This document shows, in pieces, positions 39,809-52,832 of a stretch of DNA of 64,000 bases (its first letter is position 1; every line of letters starts with the position of its first letter). Position numbers and translations under genes: made by a program. The stretch comes from Mizuhopecten yessoensis. Taxonomy: Eukaryota. The notes under the pieces are model-generated. The model had not been told where the DNA came from. It saw only the letters and a list, made by a program, of their open reading frames with translations, and searched no databases. The DNA lies in assembly GCF_002113885.1 (NCBI RefSeq), contig NW_018407075.1, positions 699,784 to 763,783 of the forward strand, given 5' to 3'.

Positions 39809-41116
39809 TCTGCGCCCTTCCGAGTCATGCGACCCCGGTACATCATAGAGACATTGAAAACTATTGGAAAAACACGTTTAAGCGAGAAACAAATTTGTGC
39901 TTCACATTCAGGTTTACTAAATGAATGTGTGCTTGCAAGAAGATTTTGCGGAATTACTTTTGTTAAGTCAAACCCACTTGGAGTCTCATCTGTAGCTGTA
40001 CCGCCGATAGTTCGACGTGGAACACAAGACAAGCCTACTTTCACTTTGTCGCGATGTGGTGGGATCAGAGTTATGTCCACGCTGACAGAGAGAACTTGTT
40101 GGAAATGTGGTAAAACAAAACATGGAAGATCGGAGTTGTTTATTTGTGTATGTGGTGTAGTACAGGAGGTGTCTGATTTAACATATTTCCAAGTTTTGGA
40201 TATTAAGGAGATGTTTGATGTGGATCTGAATGTGTTGGCGTTCAAATACAAAGAGCTGCAGAAGATGTTGCATCCAGACAAATACAGTCAGAAGACGGAG
40301 GTGAGGAATTCGACATTTATTGGAGATCTGGAACTAATTTACTTTGTTAAACAGTCTATAATACTGTACTGCAGTTATCATGCAGTTTCAGAGCTGCTAA
40401 TACAAAATAATGGACTGTCTTCTTTTTAAAATTTATAAAAGATTCTGCAGTAAATCTTGACTTTATGCGAGTCCATATAATTGGTTCATATCATTTCACA
40501 ATATTATATCAATCTTTCTGTGTCTCTAATTTTGCATAAACAAAAACAAATTTAGGTGTAAAAGTTGTGCATTGATTAGGTTGTCTTATAAGCGTCAGCT
40601 GTAGGGAATTTCCCTTTAGCTCAGCGGTAGAGCATCAGGCTGGAAAGCCAAGGGGCGCGGGTTCGAGCCCCAGCAACAGCACTTTCTTTTAATATCACTA
40701 TTCCTCGTCCTACAACATAGTTTTCAAATCTATTTCAGAAAGAAAGAGACCTTGCAGCCATACAATCATCTCTTGTCAACAAGGCATATGCAACTTTAAC
40801 AAAACCTCTTCCTAGAGCTCTTTATCTCCTGGAGCTCAACAACCTTCCAGTAGAAGAAGCGAACAGTGATGTGGACCCAGACTTTCTAATGGAGGTCATG
40901 GAAATAAATGAAGAACTGGCAGAAGTTGATTCTCCAGAGGCCTTGCAGGGAATGCAGACAGAAAACGACCAACGTGTGAAAGATTGCTTTTTGGAAATTT
41001 CAAAAGCCTTTCAAGACGGAAATATGGTTCTTGCCAAAGAACACGTGATTAAATTAACCTATTACATAAATGTTGAAGAGAAAATCAAAGAAACTCATCG
41101 TAAAAGTTTTGAATGA
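39806..41116 (+). CDS. HSCB: Iron-sulfur cluster co-chaperone HscB/Hsc20 (J-domain protein); 2 exons, up to 290 aa
   Basis: Exons 39806-40300 (donor GTGAGG) and 40739-41116; CWKC metal-binding motif, YFQVL..F..YKELQKMLHPDKY, SSLVNKAYATLTKPLPRALYLL, DPDFLMEVMEINEEL. Start codon choice uncertain. Confidence 0.94.
40600..40714 (+). mobile_element. Solo tRNA-derived LTR in the HSCB intron
   Basis: TGTAGG...CCTACA inverted termini; GGGAATTTCCCTTTAGCTCAG identical to the TRIM LTR near 15510; B box GGTTCGAGCC. No TSD seen. Confidence 0.65.
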
Positions 41117-42416
41117 TTTAATTAGTTTAGTTTAAGAGATTATTTATTCTCTTTGGAGTTATTCACCAGATTTTAATTTGTGTAATGAACAGGGGTACTG
41201 ACAAGTATCCAGTTTTTGAATATATATGAACTGATATTGACAAAGTATTCTTTGTCACAATTGACGATAATCGTAAATTTATGTGGAAATAAGTTCTTGC
41301 AGAATGCATTATTGATTCAACAAGAAAAACTTTAAGAAACTGGACACTTCAAGAAGTCAAGATGAATTTGTGTCAAAGTTTTATAAATTTGTTTCCATTA
41401 GTCCATAAAGTACATATGAATAGGTATATAAATATCAAAGAACAGATATGTTTTGGAGGATTTTTTGCCCTTCTCTGGTAAAATCCATTTTTACAAAGTG
41501 TTATTTTTGCCCTTGACATCTTATAACTGCCTATGTACATAGAATGTAGGTGTACTAATTTTCACTGTCATGATAAATTTGACCTCGTTACAAACTTTGA
41601 AGATTCAAATTTCTCTATGTGTTAATGTTCGCCTTTAAATGACACTTCTAATAATCATTAGTTGATTTATTCACGAATCAAACATTTTGAGTCAATTATT
41701 TTGTGGTTTCAAAGTATAATCCAGGTTTGTTATTATGGAAACATTGAAAATTACAACTAATAAATCGAATTGGAATGAAATTATCTATACATTAACACAG
41801 GCACTGGCTTTGTAAATTTAATTGATAAACAAAGAAATGTTGAATTTGATAAGATCACTGTACAAACTACAGTATAAAGATAAACATGCTCTTCTTATTA
41901 CTGCAAATCCAAGTTTTATAGATTTTGAATCAAATTCCTTTGCTCATAATTATTTTGTCATTTAGGAATCACATACGGTCTTATGTACAGTGACAGGACC
42001 TCAATGATATTTGACTTTATACATGTCGTCAAAGTCCAAATGTTTGGAATTTTTCCTGATGGTTCCAAAAAAGTTTGAAACATCAAAGTTTGACTGTGTT
42101 TGTAAATAGTAAAAAATATTTATCTGGATTTTATAATTTTTGTATTTATGAAGGATTTTCAATCTATTGAAGATGTATATTTATTGTCCATTGAATGAAT
42201 CTTGAGATAATTTTACCTTTTGATATCATTATATATATACATTGTTCTGTTTAAGGCACCGTATATTTATTCAATAAGATCAAAGGGTTAGTGCATAGAT
42301 CTCCGGCTCAAAACTAGGAGCTGGGAGTGGTGATGATAGAACAATGAAATAGCATTCATTGGCATTTCTACTGAACTGCAACAGGTATGGGTGGGCTTAC
42401 TACCAGACATGGGCTT

Positions 42417-42507
42417 ATAACTCATTCACCCCTGAAGACACATTTGAGTCCTTCCAATTCAGAGGTTGGAATAGTTCATTATGTAATTTCAGGGGTGAAT
42501 GAGTTGA
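42417..42507. mobile_element. TTAA-type MITE (copy 4, opposite orientation)
   Basis: TAACTCATTCACCCCTGAAGACACATTTG...TTCAGGGGTGAATGAGTT. Confidence 0.75.
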
Positions 42508-42642
42508 TGTTGGATAAATATGTTTTGGTTTATTTGTGTTTTAGTTAACAGCTATGGTGATAAAAAAAGAATACCTATGTACATGCAAACCTGGGGCACA
42601 ATAGTTTACAAGGAATGTTTGTGGGATGAGGGAATCCAATAA

Positions 42643-43040
42643 CCGGGTTTTTGCTAGGTGTTTATAGGGTCCGGTACAGGGACCCATTCCCAATTGAAAA
42701 AATGACCCTGCATTTTCCCAATTTCAGTCTTTATTTTCTCAATTGGATCAAAAAGCATGTTAAAATACAAATGTCCAGTCATTATATGTACAAGGAGCAA
42801 CAAAAAAATACGTAAATAATGAAAACTTGTGAAACTGAATAAACAAAAACACTGAAAATGTATGTGTTTGTTTATTGCTATACATTTTACTATAAGAGAC
42901 AGCTAAAGGAAAACTTTTTACTAATCACACATTTGTATGTGGAAAAATTGATGATATTTCCCAGTTTTAGCCAAATGTGGATGATATTTTCCCAATTCCT
43001 GCTCAGGGGCCCTTTCCCAAAATAGCTGGCAAAAACCCTG
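42643..43040. mobile_element. hAT-like MITE (degenerate)
   Basis: CCGGGTTTTTGCTAG / CTGGCAAAAACCCTG imperfect TIR with subterminal TTCCCAA repeats; no clear 8-bp TSD. Confidence 0.45.
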
Positions 43041-44364
43041 CATAATTAATGATGCTTTAATTGTTGATCATTAATAAACATTCATTAAATATCCATTACC
43101 TAATGCTTTATTAAGTAACCTTTCCACCAACACATTTTTAATGGGAGATTAACTAATCAATTAATAGCGATTTGATGTATCTGATACTGTAATGATGGCT
43201 TAATTTAATTATCGTTTGAACAACCAAACCCTGGTCAGCTGTTTTAAGTCTGGAGAAGTTACAGTCACACAACATCAGAATCTTAATATTCGTATGAGTA
43301 ATTAATCTGTAACTGTTTGTATATTACACTGCCCGTGCAATATCTGTCCCCTTCCCTCTAACATGTCTATAAACTCGGTGTTGAACTGTTGACACTTCCC
43401 CAGCATCAATTTAATTGGTCAGCGAACCATGATAGAGACGTTTGTACCTGTAAGGTCACTGATCCGTAGTAGTAACAGGGCACACGTGTTAAAGTTAAAG
43501 AAGGTTTTATGAAATATGATTGCAAGAAGGACAATTAATATCACATTTTAATGCCTTCAAATCAGGAACCATTGCGAGACATCTATATCAGTTACAGCTG
43601 TAACACATTAAAAAAATGAATGTAAATTAAAATTTGATCCAAGGATTTTGGAGCGTTCACAATTCATGCTACTTTATCATTTTTACGCAAGTTACATTTT
43701 CCTTTAAAAAAATGCAAGAAAGAAAGAAAGAAGTTAGGAAAGTACAAGGTGGTTAGCAAAGACAGGTATCTGACTTAATTTTGTGCAACACTATATGGTT
43801 TAGATTACATGCGTAGCAAAACAAACTGGAATGGTGACACCTTCCGAAAAAATTCTGGATCTGCCCCTGACCAAGTCTAAAGAAAACATAGTAAAAATTG
43901 TTGAACATGGAATAAACATGACTAATAAAAAAGACTGTAAAATATTATATAAAATGATAAACTTTGTAACAATGAAAACAACCAAAAAATTAAATGATGC
44001 AGTTGCTGATATATGCAATGGTATTGTCATCAGCATAATTGTACAAAACGCAGTATTTTAGAAACGTAAAAATGTCATTAAGAAAACAGTCTCATCCAGC
44101 CTATAGGCTCGCAGCTTCTCCAGTAGCAGATTGTGTGGGATCTGTACTGATCATTAAGACGACAAAATGAAATCTTCTCGACTTTTGTAATTATGGCAGC
44201 ACATAAATATTTAGAGAAGATGTGAATAAATCCAAAGAGGCTGCAATTATCAATAACAACTGGGATTGAAACTGAAGATATTATTATCTGCAATAAAAAA
44301 ATAATACGTGATCATTAAATGAACTGCATGATTGCCAGACATCGTATACCTGCTTTGCAGTTAA

Positions 44365-45325
44365 TATAAACTTTATTTCATTCCAAATTAAGTTGCATTA
44401 CATCACATAACATACAAAGTACAGAGGAATGGGATCCGGAAACAAGTTGAAATAACTTATATAAATCCGTTTCCGAGAATGTATCTCATTAATTTAGGGC
44501 ATGATGGTATAGTTACTGAATTCTATGGAAAGAAATATAAACACTTAAAACAGTAGCTTACTTTTAAACGTAGTTCAAGGGATATTTGAAATGAGAGTAA
44601 AAGAAAAGGGGTACAGGGTGNNNNNNNNNNNNNNNNNNNNNNNNNNNNNNNNNNNNNNNNNNNNNNNNNNNNNNNNNNNNNNNNNNNNNNNNNNNNNNNN
44701 NNNNNNNNNNNNNNNNNNNNNNNNNNNNNNNNNNNNNNNNNNNNNNNNNNNNNNNNNNNNNNNNNNNNNNNNNNNNNNNNNNNNNNNNNNNNNNNNNNNN
44801 NNNNNNNNNNNNNNNNNNNNNNNNNNNNNNNNNNNNNNNNNNNNNNNNNNNNNNNNNNNNNNNNNNNNNNNNNNNNNNNNNNNNNNNNNNNNNNNNNNNN
44901 NNNNNNNNNNNNNNNNNNNNNNNNNNNNATAGGTTTTAAGTTTATAGATTGAAGGGTCGTTCTTGACATAGTCAGGCAAGGAGTTCCAGATACTGATGAC
45001 AGATGGCAAAAAAGATTTATTATAGAGACTCGTATGACTAACTAGTGGACGAAAATTATTTCCCGTGCGAGTATCATGGTTGTGGTAATTACGGTTACGC
45101 TGAGGTAGAATATCTAGAAGATATTGAGGAGCCAGACCATGAACCATTTTGTGGAAAAGAATAAGCTTGTGCTGTTTACGTCTTTCCTCGAGGGGAAGCC
45201 AACCTGTTTCAGTATACAGTTTAATTCTACTTGTGAGTCTAGTGCCGCCAGTGACTATGCGTGCTGCTTCTAATTGAAGATTTTCTAATAATTCAGATTG
45301 AGCTTTAGTAAGGCAGTTGTGGCCC
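44365..45325 (-). mobile_element. 5'-truncated CR1-type LINE (spans gap)
   Basis: LENLQLEAARIVTG..LYTETGWLPLEERRKQHKLILFHKM..SFLPSVISIWNSLP; minus-strand 3' tail with TAAGTTATTTCAACTTG hairpin and AATAAA near 44370-44460. Confidence 0.85.
44621..44928. other. Assembly gap (308 N)
   Basis: Run of N. Confidence 1.
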
Positions 45326-47080
45326 AATATGGCCCATATGTCGAAGAAAGTCATTTTATCCCATATAATTGTTTTAGATACACTGGGGATATATGATCTC
45401 TCAAAAAAACCTCAAAACTTTCCTTGAGGGAGACCTCCCTTCTAGTTGAGGCCATAGCTCCCTCACATATCCTCACCACCTAGTCACTTTCCTCATTGGC
45501 TGTTGCATTTTGATATTTTGATGCAACAGTCCATGGGGCCCCCTCTATGGATGTCGAGCCTCGTATTGGATGTCCTGGAATCAGAACTATATATACTATA
45601 TTTTAGGTTACAATCAATATTAAAATCCAAATATGTAATTTGTTAAAGTTGAAATTTGCCACCTATTTGAAGACATATCTAAATGAGGACAGTTATGAAG
45701 GAGGGGGGACTTCTAAACATTTCTGTGAGATGTATTTGCTGAGGAGAGCCCCCACCCTGGTCTTAACTGCCCAAGACCACTGGCATAACTGTGTGTCTAT
45801 TAAATACTTTTATGAATACACATACACGCAACACGCCAGTGTAGTCCCATGAACATACTCTTGTGTAACTTACAGAGCAGTATTAAACCACTACAGACTT
45901 GAAAATCTGTATATAATATGATAACACAGCATGTAACTGTCTATGGAACTTTACCTGGCAAGTCTAGTACATTTCAAATGATGTAAAATTAGCAAGCAAT
46001 GGTTTAGCTTAATTGACCCACAACTTGGAAAATTCTGGGGTTTGTGATAAACTGTTGCCTCATCAGCACATTTCACGATAGCACACAAAACACTTGACTG
46101 GCTAATTGTAGAATGGATCCCATGCTATACCCCTAGTTTACATACGGAAGAAAACACTAGTTTGAATGTCAGAACAAAATATTAACTCTTAATAACTTTC
46201 ACAAGCCTACTCTAATTTTTGCGTTAAAACTGATCACTGATGTTTGATGTGATTCATGTATTACAAGATTTATTTACAGTGTGATTGTTATTTTATGCCG
46301 CAATGTTAGTTAGTTCCCCGCCGGTCCCGGAGGGGGGATATAGGAATTGATTTAAGTTTCATGCTGTTACCATTAACATAATCATACGAAGAAGTGTATA
46401 CTGACATATGACCCATGGCAAAACCCTAGTTGACCTAAAGACATTTGTGACACATGTGCACTGCTGCTGGTCTGTAGGAAATATATGTTTCACCCTCTAC
46501 CAATAGGCACTAAGTGGATATTGCTAGTCATATAATTATGCATTCGGAAGTCTACTGTTTGTTAATGGCAGAAGTAGAGCCAAAAGCTTCTTGAAGCAGT
46601 ACTTGTGGTTGGTCCTCGGAGGGAAAAATAAATTTTAGACTATTGCCAACACAGACATAAGATAAGAGTGAATATCCGCTCACATCAGTTTCAGCAAATT
46701 GAAAGGTGTTTATACTGCATCTCAGCTGACTGTACTGCGTTCGTTTTTCCTAGATATTGCAACATCAAGAAAGCATGTGTCTGGAGTACTTTCAGTATTT
46801 TGATTTTTTAATTGTGAAATAATTTTAAATGAACAATCAGATTGAAATGACCATTCATGTTGACCTTACATGGAAAACTCAAATTGGGAAATTGCGCTCA
46901 AATGATTTTAAGTTATGTCAACTTCTTCATTGAGTATCGTTTACACACTTCAGAAAACCATGAATGTTCCACTTGAATCTTGAGTGACTACTTTCTCTGT
47001 AAACAGGAGATAAGCATGTGCTTCTTATATTAATGATATTGTCTTGTTATCAACGTTACAGGAAAGGAAAACTCTGCAGC

Positions 47081-47390
47081 CATCCTCGATATCCAGGGGT
47101 TAAGCTCACTTTCGCTCTCTACACCCCTGGATTGGTGTCAGGTAAAACAAACCTGACAAATCACTAGTCTTGTACTTGTCCTTTGAAGATTACAAAAGAG
47201 CGACGCCCGACTTCAAAGCTTGTCATTTTTTTACCATTATGCGACCGCACGATTCTTTTGATGTGCATTAAAGGACCAAACGAGTCTTCTCGTCTCATTC
47301 ACAAGGTGTTGCACACTGAGCCTTCAATTTTGCTATGACATATATATATTCCAGGGGTAAAGTGAGCGTAACCCCTGGATATCGAGGATG
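47081..47390. mobile_element. 310-bp MITE with ~32-bp TIR
   Basis: CATCCTCGATATCCAGGGGTTAAGCTCACTTT / AAAGTGAGCGTAACCCCTGGATATCGAGGATG. Confidence 0.8.
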
Positions 47391-47757
47391 GGTTGCTGGC
47401 GATTGACCCAGTCTAGCTCTGCTATATCAATAACATGTATTATGGTAATTAACCAGAGGTTAACACAACAAGTACGTGTGGTATAGTTGTGTTGATGTTG
47501 CTGGGTATACGTGTATTTTTATTTAGTTATAACTACTTGAGTGTAAACAGGGTTAATGTGCTAGTCTTAAACATTTCTGTAGCAGGCATTGATTTTTATA
47601 TCAACAAATATTTGAAATATCCTCAAAGTCACGGAATTGAAAGTTTCCTCTTTATGGATGGAATATATAGTACTTCGCTGCTTATCAATTAGTTAATTTC
47701 ATTACCCCAGGTCATCCTTTCCCTTTTGGGGAGGGGGTTAAGTTTACTTTACTTTAA

Positions 47758-50700
47758 AGGGCCTGTTTCCAGTAATGTTAATTCTCCATAGGAACCTGCC
47801 CCCGTATAATTTTTTATCTAGCTCAACTACTGTTTTTTTCTTTTCCGAAGAATAATTTTACACCTTTCCGACACCCAAATTTCATAATTACAGTGAAAAT
47901 GTATTTTTATAAAGTTGTCAATTTGAGCATCAAAGACATAAGTTCGTAAATAAAAGAAGGTTATCTCGAAATTGTAATTCGCAACATAGTATAAATTTCT
48001 TTTGATAAATATTTCCAAAACATCGTGTTTATTCATAAAACATAAAAAAAAATTTTCTCGGATGAAAATGCACTTGCAGAGACACAATTATGAAGAAAAA
48101 TGCCATAAAATTGCAATTTTCTCCCGTTATATAGTTTTGGATGCAAATTTCCATCAGAAAATCGGATAGAGCTTTACTTGTTTCATATGTGTACCAAAAA
48201 TCAGCTAATTCCATGTGGTGGAACGTTCTCATATCGCCGCCTGAATGTGGTTGTAAATTGAAAGAAAAGGGGAAATGAGTAACAACCTTGTCTGAAACCC
48301 TATTATATAGCTTATTATATACAAACTTTTATATTGAATATCAGAGCGGATATTTTCATGACAGTTTTATGATGTGTAACGACTAAATAAACAGTATCGA
48401 TATAAAGATTTACACTGAGGACACCCTGATACATGAATACTGTTCTATCTCAAGTTGTCCTCTTCTGAATTTTCTGATCGTGTGGCCTTGTACATTTATC
48501 CGTATCTTCTTGTCTTTGTCTATACGTTTACGGAATCATTGACTCGACGCTAGCTATTCTTGTCTCACTTTCCTTGTTTTATTGTCCCATCTCCAAAGCG
48601 TTGTGGCTCTGTCAGGGTTGGGACCCTGACTTGTCTCACTTTCTTTGTGCCTGCCGACCACGCCACATCGAATAGATAGATTATCCATATGAAATACTTT
48701 ATTTTGTTCTAAGTAATCAATCAATTCTGCGCTTCTTGGAGGTATTGAATGTGATTTATTATATTGTCTTGTTATTTTGTGTAATTAGTTGTTCGTTATT
48801 TATCACACATTTTCGCATAATTGTACCAAACTACTAAGTATTAGCTGTTTACAGCAATCATCGGTGGCTTGCTATTTTGTTACTTTATCGACGCTTCATA
48901 AACCAATCGTTATTGTTTCAAGATGGAGGGTAAATGTGTTGGAGAAGGGTGTCAAGTATACTTCAAGAAACGTAGTGGCAATAAGAACAGAAGTGCACGC
49001 AATGTAAATAGTCCACAATATAAATGGCTCCTAGATACGCTGGTGCAACAAGGATTGATGTCAGCAAAGGAACAAGCACTTATTTGCCAGAAGTGCTACA
49101 TGAAGTATCTTCGGAACAAAAATCAGCCTGAACCTGAACCCGAGCAGAACCAGGAAATAGAGGAAGAAGACGACTCCCCGTCCCATATCCTGCCGTTGCT
49201 GACCCTTCATGATCTTTTGAATGGATCATCTTCACACAAAAAATGCTGTCTCTGTCTTGTTACCTTTGCAAGAAATGGAACAAAATCATCAGTCTTACCA
49301 AAACGTGCAAGACATCACCTGATCTATTCACACAAACTGTGGTGTCCCACCTCATCCCGCGTCTGCTCCATTCACCTTATTGGTAACGACTTAGATCCGT
49401 CTACAGAGGTTGTCCTTGATGGTAGAGGTTCCTTGGAATCTCAGTTACCATCAAAATCGTCCGAAATCATTAATGACCTCCTAGAGGTGTCGCACGTCCT
49501 TTCACAGAACCAGTCTGCGTTTACAATAAGCTTTTCTTCTCTTGATGACTCGGCATGCATGGCCTGGACAGGTTGGTCCAAAGATCAGTTCCTCGAAATC
49601 CACTCGCACTGTTCCCCATATCTTTCATCTGGTATATATACCAAGACTACACACGATGCTCTATTACTGTTCTGGGTAAAACTGAAAACCGACATTTCCT
49701 GGAGTCAGTGTTCTTCTCTTTTTGGAATTTCCAAGTCAAGTGTGTCCAAAACTTTCCACTCCATAGTACAGGCATTAGACACATCGATAGTCCCACAATT
49801 TCTAGGTCCGGATCACTTGACAAGAGAACAGTTGCTCGGGCACAATACTGTCTTTTCAGAAGCATTTTTTGGAGATAAAGCCACTGCCATATTAGATGGC
49901 ACCTATATTTATATCCAGAAAAGCTCCGACCACAAGCTCCAGAGAATGTCCTACTGTGGCCAGAAGAAGAGAAACTATCTCAAATTCATGAGCATCGCCT
50001 TACCAGATGGCTACATTCTGGACACAGTAGGACCATTCACTGGCAGCGAAAATGATGCTACAATTACAAAAAAAGTCATGGACAAGCTAGTTACTTGGCT
50101 ACAACCAGACGACAACGTTGTCGTTGACCGAGGTTTTAGAGATGTCCTACCAGTTCTCGAAGCCTCTGGCCTCAATGCTAGCATGCCGTCATACCTGAAA
50201 CCCGGTCAAAGTCAACATTCTGACGTCCAAGCAAATCTTGACAGAACTATCACCAAATCGAGGTGGATTGTGGAATCCTATCATGGTCGTCTGAAACACT
50301 GGACGTTCTTCCGAACGCAATTGGTGTCTAACAGCTTTATCAATGTCATCGAGGCTTTGCTTCGAACCGTCACAGCCTGTCTGAATGGTATTAGAGGACC
50401 GATCTACCAGAGATCTCCAGAGAGAGATGCCAAAGATAGGCTAATGGCTGAACGTATGAAGGACCGTTTGACAACACCGAATGGTTTAGCTCAGAGAGTC
50501 AAGACAGATCCGGATCTATCTAGACGGGCAAGGTCCGAGTTTGTCAAGATGGATGCATCTTCCGTACTGTTTCCCCGTCTCGATCTTGATTACTTGAGAA
50601 CCATTACGTGTGGAACGTATCAGATATCTCTGGCTCCTGGTTACATCGCCGAACATTTAAGTGATGACGGAGACTATGAGGTGTGGCTTTACCAGCACTC

Positions 50701-51831
50701 CCCAGACCTTCTCCGATGTCAAATACATTCTCGACACAAAAGCCAAACGAAATATAACGTTTGGATACGGTTCACCGTTTCACCCGATGTTGAGGCCCCA
50801 ATAAAGGACTACTACTGCCAGTGCCCAGTTGGAGAGAGAACGATGGGAATGTGTGCGCACATCTCCAGTATCTTGTACTACCTTGGGTATTACAGGACGC
50901 TGGAAAACCCTCGACCATTACAACCACAGGTAAAGAAATTCCGACAAAACTTGAAATAGTTTTCCATGCGGCAACGGAGTGCATATGTCGAAAGTATGTT
51001 TGGGGCTCGATATGAAAGATCCCCGTTACCATGTGACTAACCAAACTTATAAATATAGGTATTATACAATCGCCCGTAGCTATGAACACTCCCGTAAATG
51101 CGAAAACCAACCAAAATCATAAGGAACACGTTTTGTTTGTTGTTCTGTCTATTTGTCAGCCAATGTCTTCAACCACGGGGACTTGTGAAGTAGCCATCTT
51201 GGATTTTTTTTATGAAAAAGTGTTTCTCTCACTTTTTTTCATATCTGTGTACATATTCTCAACATACCGAGCAAATACTCTCGTTTTTTTGTTAATTATC
51301 TAAAGAAAGTCGAAAATCGGCAATTCAACCATAGGCTAATTCAACCCAACATTTGAAAATGTTCCACCACTTACATTTTGATGATTTTTCCTCTCATCAA
51401 TAGCATATTACGTACTGTTTAATAGGATAAAAATTGGTTTGCATCCAACGCCCATAAAAGGGTGTATTCTCTAAAAAACACAGTTTTTGTGTCTAAAATG
51501 TTATCATCGAAAATGGCATTTTTGAGATTGTTTCTTCCATAAAACAGCCAAATGGCGCGATGGAAACATGATTTTTTGTCACAATCATGCCATGAATGTA
51601 TTCTTTACGGTGACCATCATTTGATTAGATTTTCATTAATATTTTACATAACATGCACATTTTATCAACACTTAGACAGCTTCTGAAAGGTACAACTTTG
51701 AGGAGCCATAAAAAACAAACCAAGTGACCTAAATCTTTATACTTTATAGATTTGTGACCACAACGGCATGGGCAATGCACCACCAACAGGAAATTTGAAT
51801 CAGAGAAGGGGCCGTTTTGGAAACCGGCCCT
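47758..51831 (+). mobile_element. Kolobok-type DNA transposon, ~4.07 kb, putatively autonomous
   Basis: TTAA (47754-47757) then AGGGCCTGTTTCCA; right end TGGAAACCGGCCCT (51818-51831) followed by TTGG; symmetric subterminal motifs; encloses the transposase ORF. Confidence 0.75.
48923..50959 (+). CDS. DDE transposase (DDE_Tnp_4-like core, C-terminal SWIM zinc finger), Kolobok type, 678 aa, intronless
   Basis: N-terminal Cys/His motifs (CQKC, CCLC, RVCSIH), HTH (LFWVKLKT..SLFGISKSSVSK), ILDGTYIYIQKS, VVDRGFRD, RWIVESYHGRLK, CQC-x9-CAHISSILYYLG. Confidence 0.92.
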   Translation: MEGKCVGEGCQVYFKKRSGNKNRSARNVNSPQYKWLLDTLVQQGLMSAKEQALICQKCYMKYLRNKNQPEPEPEQNQEIEEEDDSPSHILPLLTLHDLLNGSSSHKKCCLCLVTFARNGTKSSVLPKRARHHLIYSHKLWCPTSSRVCSIHLIGNDLDPSTEVVLDGRGSLESQLPSKSSEIINDLLEVSHVLSQNQSAFTISFSSLDDSACMAWTGWSKDQFLEIHSHCSPYLSSGIYTKTTHDALLLFWVKLKTDISWSQCSSLFGISKSSVSKTFHSIVQALDTSIVPQFLGPDHLTREQLLGHNTVFSEAFFGDKATAILDGTYIYIQKSSDHKLQRMSYCGQKKRNYLKFMSIALPDGYILDTVGPFTGSENDATITKKVMDKLVTWLQPDDNVVVDRGFRDVLPVLEASGLNASMPSYLKPGQSQHSDVQANLDRTITKSRWIVESYHGRLKHWTFFRTQLVSNSFINVIEALLRTVTACLNGIRGPIYQRSPERDAKDRLMAERMKDRLTTPNGLAQRVKTDPDLSRRARSEFVKMDASSVLFPRLDLDYLRTITCGTYQISLAPGYIAEHLSDDGDYEVWLYQHSPDLLRCQIHSRHKSQTKYNVWIRFTVSPDVEAPIKDYYCQCPVGERTMGMCAHISSILYYLGYYRTLENPRPLQPQVKKFRQNLK

Positions 51832-52832
51832 TTGGGAAATGGCACCTCGGGCAGAAACGTTTATTATACTGCTGGCTTGATACGTCTCTGCTTTAGGGTA
51901 GTGTTTGTTTACTTTCAGGAGGAAATACTTCAAAGGCAGGAGTTATAAGTGTAGCATGACAGTATTGTAACCCAATGCACTATTGTAATCGGTTACACTT
52001 ACGGGTGCAAATGCACAGGGACCTGAGAATTCGTTACAGCTATATGTTTGGACCTAAACTGAGATTTTCAGTTTGTTTTAGTTAACAAATTCAATCCCAA
52101 CGATGGCATATACTCTTATGGGGTGGTGTTATTACCAAAACTTGATATAAACCCATTAAACGTGTAAAACTAATCTGAATATCTCAGGTCAGGTCCAAAA
52201 ATAGCTGTAAGACATTCTTAGATCCATGTGCGAAGCTTGTCACATCTAAGATACCACATGTCCTTATGAATTGGGTTTAACAGCAATTGCTCAAAATGTT
52301 ATTGATACTATCTGATAGACTGTTCTGAAATTTCATATGCAGGTTCCCTGTGGTCTTTAAATTAATAATCATAAAATAAATATGGAAGACAACACAAGTG
52401 TGTGGTCTTGCTGTTATCACATTCCTTCCGTATTTGGTAGAGAACGATACAAAGATTTTATAAACTTTGATATTTTTTGCAAATACCCGGAACTTTTCAG
52501 TTCGCCATGACAAGAGGATTCCCATAAATAACAGTTCCGGCTATTTAGTATGATGATACAACATCTTGTATTACACATGTGTGATACAAACCGACAGAAA
52601 ACATCAACAGAAAATTGTTGTATTACTACTGTAAGATTACATAGGTATGTGATACAAACAATCAACACTTCACTGGTTGCGATCTTACATTTTTACATTT
52701 TATTTCTATTACAGCTATAGCCCAATAAGTATTATTTCACATAAATAACATGGATAGAGTGCCATTGGTCATTTGTTGTGCATGTTTCCTTTTGAAGCTA
52801 ATAAAAAAAACACGATGGCTGCCATCTTGGAT

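Noticed and set aside
39697-40281. 194-aa minus-strand ORF
   Set aside because: Antisense shadow of HSCB exon 1 with no recognisable motifs.
44075-44295. Exon of an unknown minus-strand gene
   Set aside because: Acceptor-like site present but frames are short; one frame (IPHNLLLEKLRAYRLDE) resembles a decayed LINE RT scrap.
47758-51831. Composite Kolobok with long terminal direct repeats and an extra nuclease
   Set aside because: Ends show inverted, not direct, similarity and no second ORF was found by eye.
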